From assembly GCF_006345805.1 (NCBI RefSeq), contig NC_043004.1, forward strand, positions 47,120,001-47,184,000: DNA of 64,000 nucleotides, in the 5' to 3' direction. This document shows, piece after piece, positions 38,731 through 52,570 of this stretch. The stretch's first letter is position 1. The number at the start of each line of letters is the position of its first letter. The translations under genes and the position numbers were made by a program. This DNA comes from Octopus sinensis (lineage: Eukaryota). The notes under the pieces were generated by a model. It was not told the origin of the DNA. It saw only the letters and a list, made by a program, of their open reading frames with translations, and did not search any database.

Positions 38731-40959
38731 TTAGTCTGAGGGAAAGGTAGTAAGAGAGTGACTTATGTCAGTGAAGGTGAGAACAGCGGTGGAAATGAAA
38801 TATTAACGTTAATACAGCTGTCATATATACGCGACGCTACATACATGCTTTCGTAAATACATAGATACAAAGCACACGCACAAACACAGAACAGTAGCTT
38901 TAAGGAGAGTGTTGGTAAGTGGCTTTTCTGCTGAGAAATGCTCACACATTCACACATACAAACGCACTCACATAGTACATACATACATATACATACTTAC
39001 ATATATGTAATATGCACCCTTTTAAACTCGTGATTAATTGTGTTTACGTTTCGAAATATATGTGTGTGTTTGTGTTTCAAGCCCTATAACTCTGTGTATC
39101 TTTACTTCAGTGAGGTCTTCCCTGTTGCTGTCACATATTGTGACAGCAACATTTTTAGATCTTAATCAGTTTTACCTAATCAGAAAACGGGATCTACAAT
39201 CTGGTACTTTGTGCATGATAGCTGCATTATAACTGACCTTTGCTGCAGGGGAGCTGGCTATCACAAAATCTTTAGAAGAAGGTATTTTTATAAAACACTG
39301 GCGTCGAGAACTCTGGCTTGTGGCCGATTCTTTCGGGTAAATTCCTACAATTCTCGAATCCAAATGAATCGTTGCACTCCAATGGTTGAATCAGGAAAAA
39401 AATAATATCGTTTCCTGTTCTGAAAACAGTAAATCACTATAGTTTAAAATGGACAAGGATGGACCTAATTAAATTTATTCCAACAATAGCATAAGTATTA
39501 TAAAAGAAACGAATTTGTGACAAATACAAATATAGAGATATGGCAAACTTACAGCAGAATATTAACATCATGACTAAAATTACTTTTGTAATCCTTATGA
39601 AACAGATAATTTAAACTGTCAGTGTTTATTAAGATTAAGAGAATACCGTTGCTTTGTGAATAATATTAGTAGTGCGGAGAACTAAAACGATCTCATTTTA
39701 ACCGGATATTGAAAAGTGGAAACATATTTCTCATTTGAATGCATTACCATGGACTAAAATTATTAAAGTTATGCAGGCACAATCTTTATATTCATTACAA
39801 GAAATGTCCGTTATTCTAAATTAATAATTAGAACTATAATGCTGTGTAACCCTTTAAAGTTGATCTGACAGAATATGGATGTTCCATTCTGCACTCTCTA
39901 CATTTTTGAGACAATAAATGAACTTCCTCATGCTTTATACTTCCAACGAGAGATATTACATTCCTTGATCATTAATTATCTCAGTTCATTGAAATTATTA
40001 CGAATATATTTTGGCAGTTATTTATGAAGTGAACGTATCTTTTCAAACATGTCATTAAGACGTTCTTTTCCCCCTATTTCTTATTCAAATACACGTTTCA
40101 TTTCTTCCAGGTATTAATACTGTTGAGAACGACACGAATCTCACACACTGATATATGCCTCCCTATTAATCGAAGTCGTTGTTCCAACATAAGAAATCAA
40201 TATTCTATTGCAGGAATATTAATATCGTGGACCTATACTCTCAAAGTTCAAAGGCCTTGATTGGATTATTAAATCCACAAAAACGCAGGTTAGTTATCGA
40301 CAGCCAGTTTACGGTCCACAAATTATATGCTTGGATATTCAGTTTGCCTTTCTATATTTTACTTCTAATGACTAACGGAAAACTTGGATATTCTTTCAAA
40401 AACTTTCCATTTCTTTTTAAAGCTTATATCAGAAGAAATATTTAACAAGTAACGCTTTTTTTGTTGCTGGCTCTGTCTCATAAAACCAACTTGTAGACAT
40501 GATGTACAAGGGTACGATTTCTCGTACGGTTTATGATATTTGATTTAAGCATCGAATAAATTGAGCTTGTGATAGTCATGCGTTTCCCATGGATATTAGA
40601 AATGCTTGAACACCGATAAATAATAGGTCGGTTTCTCAGTTTAACAGCTCACAGTTACCATTCAACACTGGTTAAAGTTTTACAAAATAATGTGGTCTGA
40701 TACACAGGAAATTTGTCCATGATTGTAAACTTGTGAATTTGATAAGCCATCAGATAAACACTGTTTGTCATTGAATAACGCACTTCCTTTCATATGCTTC
40801 ATGAAGTAGTCTTTCGAGGCTAAGGAAAAGAAATGCCCTCAGTTATCTAGGAACAATGTACATTCAAGAGCCAGTCAGCTGGAGTAAAACTTTAGGCACG
40901 TCTGTGCAATTCATGTTGTTCCATACGATTTCCACATTTGCTACAGTACTGCTCCTGGA

Positions 40960-42050
40960 TTATGGTATAATGCTTCTGTAAGGGAGCATTTCGCGAAGTT
41001 TGTCTTATAATAATAGGATGATTTCTCTTCCCGCTTAGAGGAATTAAAACGTTTACACTGCAGATTAATCTGTCAACATAACGATTTTTCGAGGCACTTT
41101 GTTATCAGCGTGTGCATTGACAGAACGTCTTAAATGGCAGGATATCAACATGGTTCCCATTACCTAAGTACGTATTTCATTGCGAAATTGCATGCTGGGT
41201 ATTGTTTTGGAAGTAGGAATTTGTAATGCGTTTGCCATGCTTTGCGCTGCAGCGTCAAACTAGGCCGCTCAGGTCTCCCACACTCTTCGAGTTCTTCATT
41301 TATCTGTAAATAAGTTACGTCTCCGTAAAGGAAAGGAGGGTAGATTATTTGCGTTTTAGGTCGGGTCAGGCAGTAGTTTCTGCAGCTTACCTTACTACAA
41401 ATCGCAGGCAGAAATATATGCTACACGCATCAGAGGTATGCTTTTCACTGAAAAGGCAGCGCTCGATACCCTTGCACAGCAGGAGCACAAGTTACTGAGG
41501 GATGATACCTCTAACGCTTGCAATGCCAACTGTCAGTCCGAAGGAAATGAGAGTTCTAGTACAGATTACAGAAGTATTACTGGCTATCATAATCGATGTC
41601 GACCATGAGTTTATACTAATTGACACTGGCACAAATGACAATCACTTTACCCTTGAAAATACATGCTGTTGACTGAAAATATCCAAGTAAGACGAAGGGT
41701 ACAATGCACGGATGTTGACCTTGGACTTTCCAGAATGGTTACTCACCTACGACAGTGATGTCTTCTATGGTTGGTCCACGTTCATCGTATGTACAAAAGC
41801 TACATTACGAGGGATGTCGTATATGCAGAATTTCTAAGAACAGACACATTAGTCATCTTCATATACGCTTCAAACATTTTTGCTTTAGATTCCCTACGAA
41901 AGCGCTCAGTATCAACATGATATGCTGGAAGAGAGAGCCTTGCAGATGACCGAATGAAAATGAGATTCTGTGAAGCTGCACAAAATTGCTAGAGGGCTGA
42001 GAGATACTGTAGAAGGAAGGTGGACACATAGAAAGGAGCACAGCTACGGC
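40960..42050 (+). mobile_element. Heavily decayed PIF/Harbinger-like transposase
   Basis: Ordered fragments EHFAKFVL...DDFSSRLEEL, IVLEVGICNAF, LAIIIDVDHEFILIDTGTN (cf. LALVDADYKFxxVDVG) and VKLHK. Confidence 0.45.
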
Positions 42051-43134
42051 AACAAAGCAACGAGGAGCAGATAATTATCCTCTGCAATGGAGAATGCCAT
42101 GTCTCAGTTGATTTTCCCGGTCAGAGACGGTATTTTGTGACCAAATAAATGCTTAGAACCACAAGAATGAAAGACATTGTCAACTATAACACTATAGCGT
42201 TGTTTTGGTGTCTATTTTAGTATATTTGGCCGGCCATCTTTTTATGTTAAAATAGTAAATAGTAGTCTGCGACACCATTTGCTTTATATCTGTCCTTAGC
42301 TTACTTCAACCAAAATACGAAAAGTCATTATTTTTCGTGTCAATTCCTAATTGGAAAATGTATCTCTGAGAGACGAAATGAAATTATTTCTGCACCAAGT
42401 TGTTGCGTAGAAATTAGTATCTTTTAGGTTTTGTTAGATACAAGTTTAGAAAGTTTTTGTAGTTTATTAAATGAGAAATGATATAATACTGCTAATTATT
42501 TCTGTACTCATATACTACAAAATTTCTTCTCTCTGTTTGATTTTAAATATACAAGTTCATTTTGGGGGAAAGAAAAGAAACGTCTGTAACTGTTTAATAC
42601 TACTGGCTGTTTTGTGGAGTAGCATTTCCCTATGAAATAGGGGAAAGGGAACCTAATTTCCAAAGAGCATAAAGACATACTTGTAAATATTTACAGCATA
42701 ATGAAAATTCCTTGAGCATTTCGATAGTAACATTATTTTCTCTACTAACCTACATATACCTGTAGAGAGAATGCTACTGTTTACCGAACAATAATAATTG
42801 CTGAAAAGCGTAATTAGTATATGAAAGCATGTACGAAGAATGTTCAATTAAAATACATAATTTTCTGGAATGAAGATTGAAAATTGCATTAAGATTTACT
42901 ATTTCAGGAAATTAAAACCCAAACATTTTCAGAATAGTTATTAATAATTTAATGGATTGAGTGTTCTTCAAATTACATGTTTGGTTAACAAAGAAGTATA
43001 CTGAAAGGGAGGTATTCTTTTTCATATAAGAATTTGGTCTAGGTACACTCTCTACATTTCTAAACTAGAAAAAAGATAACAATGTAAATAATTACAAATG
43101 AAGAATGAATTTCGCAGTATATTTCTCTGAGTGC

Positions 43135-43136
<2 letters not shown>

Positions 43137-43166
<30 letters not shown>

Positions 43167-43174
43167 TATTATTA

Positions 43175-43227
<53 letters not shown>

Positions 43228-43240
43228 CATTATTATCATT

Positions 43241-43338
<98 letters not shown>

Positions 43339-43361
43339 GATCATCATCATCATCATCATCA

Positions 43362-43394
<33 letters not shown>

Positions 43395-43397
43395 ATT
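43137..43397. repeat. Alternating (TAT)n/(CAT)n compound array
   Basis: Read directly. Confidence 0.95.
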
Positions 43398-43966
43398 ATT
43401 ATTATTATTATTATTATGTGAGAGAGCAACGCATGCTAACATCAAAGTGACATTAGCGTAAAATATACGACGCCCAGTATACCCTCCATGACTACATGCC
43501 TGATAAGCGTACACCAGGCACATGCATCACAACCATATGTGCGCGACATAATGTTCTCATGTCAAGATATAAAGCACATCACCTTGCAGGTGGTGCCTAG
43601 TTACAATTTCCTTCGGGATGAGTAGCCCATCCCGTTCAAAAGATACCTGAGAATGGTTTGTTTAAGGATGAAGGACAAAACACCTATGTTTCCAGATGTC
43701 AATTATTCAAAGCCCAAATAATTCTTCTCGACACGTGACTCTGACGCTTTCCTACTAATTCTACTCATGATCAGAGATGCATATATCGTCAGCCACAAAT
43801 GGATATGCTCAATCGGTTATGGTGAAGCAAATCTGTGGTATTGAGCAGATTATTTGCTGTAGCCTATCTTTTATACCAAGACAAAACAATGTACATGATA
43901 ACATTTCCGAATCAGCTAATATGAGAAGCCATGAGAGCCAGTGCCTGGTACTGCATCAGGACGTTA

Positions 43967-43967
<1 letters not shown>

Positions 43968-44000
<33 letters not shown>

Positions 44001-44025
44001 TATTATTATTATTATTATTATTATT

Positions 44026-44072
<47 letters not shown>

Positions 44073-44107
44073 TATCATCATCCTCATCATCATCATCATC
44101 ATCATTA

Positions 44108-44139
<32 letters not shown>
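43968..44139. repeat. Alternating (TAT)n/(CAT)n compound array abutting a Dong 3' end
   Basis: Read directly. Confidence 0.95.
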
Positions 44140-44406
44140 CCATTAGTCTTATTTTCATCACGTGCTTTCACTGCACTACCGAGTGCAGCTCTGTGTGCCT
44201 TGGGTGTTCGCTCTGGTTCTTTGAGATGCTCTTATATTTTACCGTATTGTAAGTGGTTTCTTTTTACCGCACACATCCTACCTGAAACGCTTTCAATACA
44301 GGAAAAATAAGAGCCTCACAACAAACCACAGTATATACTTAAGGCACACAGAGCTGCACCCGGTAAATGCAGTTAGAGAACGTGATAAAAATACGACTAC
44401 TGAATA
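44140..44406. mobile_element. Two 5'-truncated R4/Dong 3' ends in inverted, back-to-back arrangement
   Basis: 44140-44260 matches 9572-9690 in the same orientation and 44265-44406 matches it inverted; the plus copy encodes TAHILPETLSIQ (cf. TAHILRRTLSIQ). Confidence 0.9.
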
Positions 44407-44550
44407 CGCTAGAAGTGTCTCGGCAAGTGACTGTAACAAAGATGGAGATTAAATGTTTAAGACGAAGTATCTTGGTGTTTGAGAAGACTTCCTACGTAGA
44501 AGTGCCCTGTGTATTTGATAGGAATAGAAGTAAAAGAAGTCAATAAGTTA

Positions 44551-44930
44551 GGCGCAGGAGTAGCTGCATGGTAAGTAGCTTGCCATCAGCTGCATGGTTC
44601 CATGTTGTTTCCCAGTGCGTGGCACCTTGGGCAAGTATCTTCTACTATAACCTCGGGCCGACCAAAGACTTGTAAGTGGATTTGATAGACGGAAACCGAA
44701 AGAAGCCCATCGTATATATGTATATACATGTATGTGTGTATATGTTTGTGTGTCTGTGTTTGTGTATCTGTGCTTACCCCTTCCCAACATCGATTGACAA
44801 CCAATGCTGGTGTGTTTACGTCCCCGTAACTTAGCGGTTCGGTAAAAGAGGCCGATAGAATAAGTACTAGGCTTCCAAAGAATAAGTCCTGGGGTCAATG
44901 TTCTCGACTAAAGACGGTGCTTCCGCATGA
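44551..44930 (+). mobile_element. tRNA-derived SINE (family 2) with internal (TA/TG) tract
   Basis: Collinear with 58448-58855 and 63753-63917 (GGCGCAGG.GT.GCTG..TGGTAAG; GTGGCACCTTGG; GACGGAAAC.GAAAGAAGCCC). Confidence 0.9.
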
Positions 44931-44959
44931 TGACGATGATCATGATCATGTTCATCATA

Positions 44960-45167
44960 ACACAGTGGTCCCTGCGGTAATTGGTGCCCCTGACACAACA
45001 ACCAAAGTGCTACCATACATACTGAATGAGATTTAAAGGGAAACTTGAATTGTCAGCCTGTAGAAAAGCACCATCCTATATTCTGTAAGATACTTGAGAT
45101 TTGAGGAGACTTTTTGTCACTAAACATCAAGATAAATTACCTGATAACTAAATTAGCGTGCAATAGC

Positions 45168-45168
<1 letters not shown>
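44960..45168 (+). mobile_element. 3' end relic of an R4/Dong-like element with (TAA)n tail at 45169-45240
   Basis: VVPAVIGAPDTTTK...IVSL*KSTILYSVRYL resembles the RLE C-terminus; ends in a TAA array. Confidence 0.6.
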
Positions 45169-45227
<59 letters not shown>

Positions 45228-45259
45228 TAATAATAATAACGACAACAACAACAACAACA

Positions 45260-46495
45260 ACGGCAAGAATCACAGCTGAAGAGGAAACAGAAAGCAAAGG
45301 ATAGCCACATTGATGGAAATCGGGGTCTTTGAAACTAATAGATAAAGACTTGCCGACCAGAATCAACACATTTGAACAAATACGTCCCTTTCATATGTAG
45401 AGTTCTGTGAGATAAAAGAGACAATACAATGGAGTTTGAGTGACGTGAACCGAGTGAAGAACAATTAGATAATCGAATGGATGAAAAGCAAAGATATGAA
45501 TATCTTGCTGAAGCCGAAAACAATGATGGAAATAACACCGCGATACAGAATATATAGAGAGGAAGCATTAGAAGTTCCAAAGCAGAAGAATTGAGGAAGA
45601 TGAAGAAATCAAAGGATCAGAAGAAATAATGGAACATATATTGAAGGAAGGGCCATCAAATTTGAAGAACGTATATTACTAGAATCTGTGAGAAAAACCG
45701 AGTCAAGTCAAGAAAGTCTTTGGATAAAGACAAACTGCTGGCATCACTGAAACGAATGAAGTGTTCAAAGAAGCTGCATGTATAACTGCTAAGCATCTTG
45801 GAAATAAAATGTCAGACAAGAGAACGCAACGAAGAACCATCGTGGGTAAACGGAAAACTGAGGATGTTGCACAAATGCGAAAAGATATGAGCAGGTTATA
45901 CAGTTGAAGATACGAACTGCAAAATAGTGGAATTAATGACCATTTGGAAAGAAAGTACAACGTATGTAGAAACGGAATTGATGTGGTTACAGAAGGGATC
46001 GGTTGATAAACAATTATTTCAAAACGAGGAATGCTAGAAATATTTGATGGACACAATTTTTATACAGAACATGATGTTCCAAACGAAGAAGAAAAAATAT
46101 TCGAAAGGTTAGAGAAAAAAATTTAAAATAATGGAGTCATATCGAATAGGGATGTGTTTGTATCGTTCTAGGGTGAGATGTGCGATCGCCTGCTCGTGCA
46201 TAAATTTGAAATTGAGGGTATATTTGAAGAGAAGTTGAGAAGTAAAAACAGGCAATAAAATATCACAATATCCTCGAAAGCAACGGAGAAACATATAGGG
46301 AATATGAAACATTTGAAATCACTAGGCCCCGGGGTATTGAAGGGATATTGTATTACGGTATTTCCATGCCATTTTAGAATTTCAAGCCAATTTCAAGGAC
46401 TTCTGAATAGTGGTGGTGTAACCATTGTGTATGACACATGGGTAAAGAATATTATTGTTGAGTATTGGGACAAAGTGTAATAGTGTCACACTATC
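45260..46495 (+). mobile_element. Decayed 5' half of an R4/Dong element
   Basis: MEIGVFETN..RLADQ, GITETNEVFKEAACITAKHLG, MRKDMSRL...LERKYNV, DVPNEEE, MKHLKSLGPG, then an NYR-like motif; follows a TAA array. Confidence 0.75.
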
Positions 46496-46529
46496 GAGCA
46501 AGAACATGTTTACGAATTATGTGAAAACT

Positions 46530-46665
46530 GTAGCCAGCAGCGAAGGCGGGGGTATTGTTTTCAGTTGTGTTTGTTTGTTTGTTTGTTTCTTTGTTTCTTT
46601 GTCCGTGGACAAGGTATCTCGAGAACTGCTGGATAGATCCGGAAACTTTCAAGGATGTTTAGCCA
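46530..46665 (+). mobile_element. Helentron-associated (HINE/DINE-like) element 5' part
   Basis: CC.GC..AAGGCGG.GGT.TTGTTTTCAG, (TGTT)n, CCGTGGACAAG.TATCTC...GCTGGATAGAT...GAAACTTTCA is the typical layout. Confidence 0.5.
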
Positions 46666-47169
46666 AATGACTGCAGGTGAGTTATAAACGCAGTTCAGGA
46701 TGAACTGTTAATATACAAACTGATACGAGGTAACTGCAAAAGTAAGTTAATGATCCCAGCAATGGTATGAATAGATTACAAAAAGGACTGTGATATGGCA
46801 CCTTACGACTGGAATGGGAATTGTATGGCGATATTTGGAAATATGATTGGGCATAATGAACAACAGAAAAGGAATATATCTCTCAACACCTCTTGTTTGT
46901 ACTGATATTAATACGTTTGACGACGCTTTTCTGAGATGTGAGAGCAGCATATGATTTGGAAAAGGAAGTGTGAGTGGTTTACCATCTACTATGAAGGAAA
47001 AATTTTCAGTAATGGAAATTATATCACTAAGTGTGCTATCTTGATACTGAAAAAGAAAAGATAAAGCCGAGTCAACGATTTAACATGCCAAATAATCTGA
47101 TAATGACGGAAACTTTAGAACAGTGGCAATGTTTTTCGAAGCCTGCTATAACTCGCGATGTTAAAGCTT

Positions 47170-47470
47170 GATGCCAGGTCCTCGAAAATTTTCTTTATGT
47201 ATTGTAAAACATATCTATCATGTCATTGCTCCCGGAAGAAAGTCGAATTTTTTAAGATCTCCCAATAGGTTAAGTGGTTCATACATACAACTTTGTAGGT
47301 GTATCCCCACTGCACTCTCTCGAGTTCCGCTATGCTTTTAAACATAGTGATTGTGGATTGACCATATTTGAAAACAGTAGTCCCAATTGCTGATGATAAA
47401 ATTTCTATAAAGAGCAGCATTGTTTCCTGGTTCCTTTTCTGTAACTTCTCAGAGTCCATCAGGTCATTCG
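47170..47470 (-). mobile_element. CR1/L2-like LINE RT C-terminal relic
   Basis: IAELERVQWGYTYKVVCMNHLTYWEILK resembles CR1-type LExVQRxxTKxxxxxxxLSYWERLK. Confidence 0.55.
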
Positions 47471-48063
47471 CATTTACATTTCTTTCATGTTGGTGATATG
47501 AAAATGAAACGATGCATCATTCCCTATATCAATCGCCAATTCCGGACTGTATTTGAGAAGAGGATTGCCGCTACTTTTGGACCAAAATATTTTTGTTGCG
47601 GCAAGGCAATACAAATTCACTGAGTATTGTATGTTGTTTCTTCAGCCCATTAGAATTTATACCGTCAAGGTCTTCCCTTACAAGATTAGGATCAAGTATA
47701 TAAATGTAAAAATAATCTTCTGAATAATTGCGTTTAAATATTCCTCACGATTTTATCACAGGTTCTGACTAAGTCCTGTAGCATGTGCATTTTAAAACAT
47801 GATAAAATTATAGACGGTAAATGGAAATATTTGTTGGGAGTCTTTACATGGAAAATTCGGAAAACTTGAAACTTCGAAGCAATACTTCAGGCAGTAAAAA
47901 AGCAAGATACTGCGAAGCAATTTTAAATTACCTAACTAAAATTAGCTAATTTATCAATTTAATACATGGGATTCGAGTTTTTGCTACGTATCTTACATCG
48001 GGTAATGCATTTGTGGCATTCAAACTGTGATATACGTAATATATGTACACACACACACATACA

Positions 48064-48109
<46 letters not shown>

Positions 48110-48269
48110 CACACACAGACACACACACACACAAACATAGTATCTAAGGAATGGAGTAGATAAAAAGCAGACTACGTATGTTTCATACTGAGAAGAACTT
48201 CGGAAGAGGTAAATATCCAGGGCTACTCTTCAGGCCAAGTATATATATATACATACATATACACACACG

Positions 48270-48333
<64 letters not shown>

Positions 48334-48337
48334 ATAT

Positions 48338-48372
<35 letters not shown>

Positions 48373-48373
48373 G

Positions 48374-48464
<91 letters not shown>

Positions 48465-48559
48465 ATACATATATACATGTATATATATTTTCAACACAAA
48501 AAATAAACAAAATAGTGATAATATCTGGCTCGTAATCCCCTACACCATGCAACTCAAAT

Positions 48560-49140
48560 GAAACTAGAAAGCTTGTGAACCATAAAAAATAAAAAAAAAA
48601 CAACCAAGTAATAGAACTAAGCCCACCACCGACGCAGCGCCTTCTGCTAACTTAGATATACAGCTGAATAATAACAGCCCCACATACCCACAAACACACA
48701 CAACACGAACTAAGATATACCTAATTATTTGTGCGGCTGTGAACAAAGTGCCCTTTCTAAAATAGATGCAAGACAAATAATGTAGTTTACCAATGTGAGG
48801 TGCACACAATTAGCCAGACAAAATCATATATAGGCGCCACGAAGAACCAAATGATTCTTAGATATAACGCGCACTAATTGACATTCAGAAATAGGAGGCC
48901 AAACCAAGTAAGGCGCGGTACATACATTTGGGAACTTAAGGATACAATAAATAGATTATGGATTAAACTAGCGACTACTCACAACAAACAACTTCGTACA
49001 ACACCCCGAATAAACGCTGCGATCTTTGCCTATCAGTACGCCTAGCTATACTTATGGCTAAACAACTCCACCTGAACAGGAAATTTGTGAACAACTATTT
49101 TTGTCTTCATGTGGGTCATTATGTATTTTCAAAATAGCGT
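48560..49140 (+). mobile_element. Penelope-like GIY-YIG endonuclease relic
   Basis: CKTNNVVYQCEVHTISQTKSYIGATKNQMILRYNAH*LTFRN...YIWELKD...RCDLCLS.RLAILMAK. Confidence 0.85.
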
Positions 49141-49931
49141 TAGAATAACATTTTTTTCTTCAAGTAGACCTTTATGCCTTTTCAAAATACCGTAAATTAA
49201 TATGACGTTTTATAAATCCCAAACTACAATGGTCATCTATATAATTAGCTGGGAACCACCTTAAACACTTACACACAAACGCTCACCCTGCAAACACACT
49301 CACCCGCCACATTCCATAATAATTTATTTTGCACCTACATAGGACCCCTTGTAGCACTGAGAACTTCCTAAACTCTAGTAATAATATTATACTCTAGTAA
49401 TAATATTATTTTTAGCCATAGTACAATTTTAAACCATCCTAACTAGTCTAATAAAACTGGTACGAGTCAGCTCTATTTTCACCCTAAGATCACGTTATCC
49501 CCTTCATTTACACCGGCGGTGTCTAAAAGTAACCGCAGGCTTCAACTAATTTGATACACACGTTCGAAAAAAAGTACATATTCAAACTCGGAATCTAAAT
49601 TCCCAGCTCAAGAACAAAATTTGATGTAATACTTACTAACTTTGCTTCTATTACCATCACATATGTATCAATTATTTTCGCATCCTGACCGATGTATCAA
49701 TCTATTTTTTTTATTCTGAAGAGATTTACTAAAACTAATAAATTGGAACGATATTAAATGCTACCTTCATCATTGCTTTCCTCTTCCTTGTTATCTAATT
49801 AAATTAAAGTCATACCAGCGAAAACGACGAGTCTCCCCCTGTTATTTACACCCGTTTTCTACTCGTATATAACCTAAACTACTGTCCGCCAACCGAATAG
49901 CCTGCTACTATATACTTTACAAAAGACTGTA

Positions 49932-49970
<39 letters not shown>

Positions 49971-50315
49971 CACATATATACACATGAATACAAACATACA
50001 TATATATATATATATATATATACACTTACAATATTTCGAAACAGTAAAATTCAAATAGTGATATACACATTTAAAAATCTTGTTCAGACATTTTTTTCTC
50101 TCTACAAGAACTATATATTTGTATTGTAGAATTATGAAATTTAAAAACAGCAGCCTAGAGAATAATATTGGTGGTCTTTAAATTCTCATTTCAAAAATTA
50201 AAATTGATTTTTTCTTCATATTCTATCGGGATTTCGTTTTACTTCATTTATATTCATTTTCATTTCTTTAAAAAGCGTATTTTCAAATGTCTCCTTTTTT
50301 GTTGTTTGTTGCCGC

Positions 50316-50340
50316 ATCATCATCATCATCGTCGTCGTCG

Positions 50341-50376
<36 letters not shown>

Positions 50377-50481
50377 TCGTCATCATCATCATCATCATCA
50401 TCATCATCGTCATCATCATCATAATCGTCATCATTAACATCGTCATCATCATCATCATCATCATAATCATCATCATCGTTG

Positions 50482-50512
<31 letters not shown>

Positions 50513-50550
50513 TATTATTATTATTATTATTATTATAATTATTATTATTA
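50316..50550. repeat. Compound (CAT/CGT)n-(TAT)n array
   Basis: Read directly; source of the poly-H, poly-D and poly-M ORFs. Confidence 0.95.
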
Positions 50551-51623
50551 ACTGCTTTCATGGCGTTGTTGTATGTTGCTGCATTGAACTGCTTTGAAAG
50601 AATGTTGTTGTTGATATTGTTGATGTTCAAGTTGCTCGTCTTATCTCAAGCCGGTTCTGACTTCATTCAAATTTCTCCGCAGCGGTAAAATTATTGCCGT
50701 TTAAGATGATGATGAAGTATCCGTCAGTAATCTTGCCGGATATTGGTTAGCATTATCATCTTCTGAATAATTTTTATAATCTTTGTGCCACTACAATCGG
50801 CTCTGCTTATTCCCAATTAATCGAATTGAGCACAAACACACATATAAACACATACACAAACATTCGCAATCACACATATGCATACATACACGCGTGCGCA
50901 TTAATTCGAACATACACACAACATAGCGAAAACAAAGAAAAAAATCAAGATTTAAAACTAGAATCTGAAAGACGAAAAAAATATATATAAACAGAAAAAA
51001 GAATAAAAATAAATTTCAGACGATAATTGAAATTTAAATCATTTTAAATTAGAATAATATGAAAACAAAATAAAAAAACAAATATATAATAGCATTAAAT
51101 AAAACCATTGAAAAATAAATGAAAATCTATAAAGATCCTTAAGCATGCAATAATAATAATTCATGGACGTAACTACTGGCAGGGAACATGTGATTGCGTC
51201 ATATTGAATGTATTAAAAGCTGTTGATCTGTTATATTCATTACTGTTATCGTCCATGATTTTGTTGATGCTACTTCGGGTATGAACGTATTTGATGTTGG
51301 TGGTGGTGATGGTGGCATTGGTTTTTATGCTATTGATTGCTTTGTTTTTTATTATTTTGTTGGTATTGTTGTTATTTGAATATGGAGCGGAATTTGATAT
51401 TCACAGTCAATCATCTGTAGTATTAAAGTTCCCTAACATTGGTACAGCTCCAAATTTTCATCAAAGAATTTTATTTTTGAGATTTACTACGAAAGGTAGA
51501 TAGAAATAAATGACATTCTTGGAGAGGGGTGGGAAATGGACGAGATTCAGGTAGATAGAAGTAATGCATATATATATATACAACCGCACATAATTATATA
51601 GATGCTCACACGCACACACACAT

Positions 51624-51656
<33 letters not shown>

Positions 51657-51850
51657 ATTATTTGTATATATGCATATAAGTTTGTATGACATATATATAT
51701 ACATATGTATGTGTGTGTGTGCGTGTGTATGTATGTATATGTATATATATGTGTGTATGTATGTATGTATATATACATATATATACATACATTCATACAT
51801 ACTTACATGCATACATACATATAGATAGATCGGATAGGTAGATGGAAAGA

Positions 51851-51902
<52 letters not shown>

Positions 51903-52503
51903 GAGAGAGAGAGAAGGATTATGCGGGTGTATGTGTTTGTGTGTAAGAGAGAATAACAGAGAGGCATATTATACAAGACATTAGACGAGAAGTGACAAGC
52001 AGAGTAATCGACATTCAAGCAAACTTAACAGTAAAGGCAAACTAATTATGGGAGTAAGAAAGAAAATATATATACATATATATATATATAACGAGAAATA
52101 TATGAGGAAAATGGATTAAGGCAATTAAAATTTATTGAGGGAAAAATAACGGAAATACAAGTATGCGGAGATTAAATATAAAGAGACAGAAACAGAGAGA
52201 GCTGATGTGAAATGTAGTGAGAAAAGTAATTAAAGCGACCCGATCAAATTAAAGAATAAGAAAGCAAATAAAAGTTACAATGAGACACAGAGGGAGGAGA
52301 GAAATTTAGTAAAGGTGAGTTGGAGATGTAGATTGTATTTATTTCTAAATTAGAAAATGTAATGAATTTAAAGAAAGATTATTGAAGTTAGCAATACAAA
52401 GGATATGTGGTGAGAGAGACGTGGATTAAAAGCAAAAAAAAATGAGCAGTAATTTCGAACACATCAACAGCAGTTGGGAATAATGAATACTAATGATATG
52501 TGT

Positions 52504-52570
<67 letters not shown>

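Noticed and set aside
39239-39421. Minus-strand exon bounded by TTTTCAG and GTCAGT
   Set aside because: All three frames contain stops between the splice signals.
43060-44310. Poly-His/Tyr/Ile/Ser ORFs (also 17.6-18.0 and 50.2-50.6 kb) resembling histidine-rich structural proteins
   Set aside because: Pure trinucleotide arrays open in several frames on both strands; no signal peptide or splice context.
49372-49409. Perfect 19-bp tandem duplication as an excision footprint
   Set aside because: AT-rich with no associated element; slippage is sufficient.
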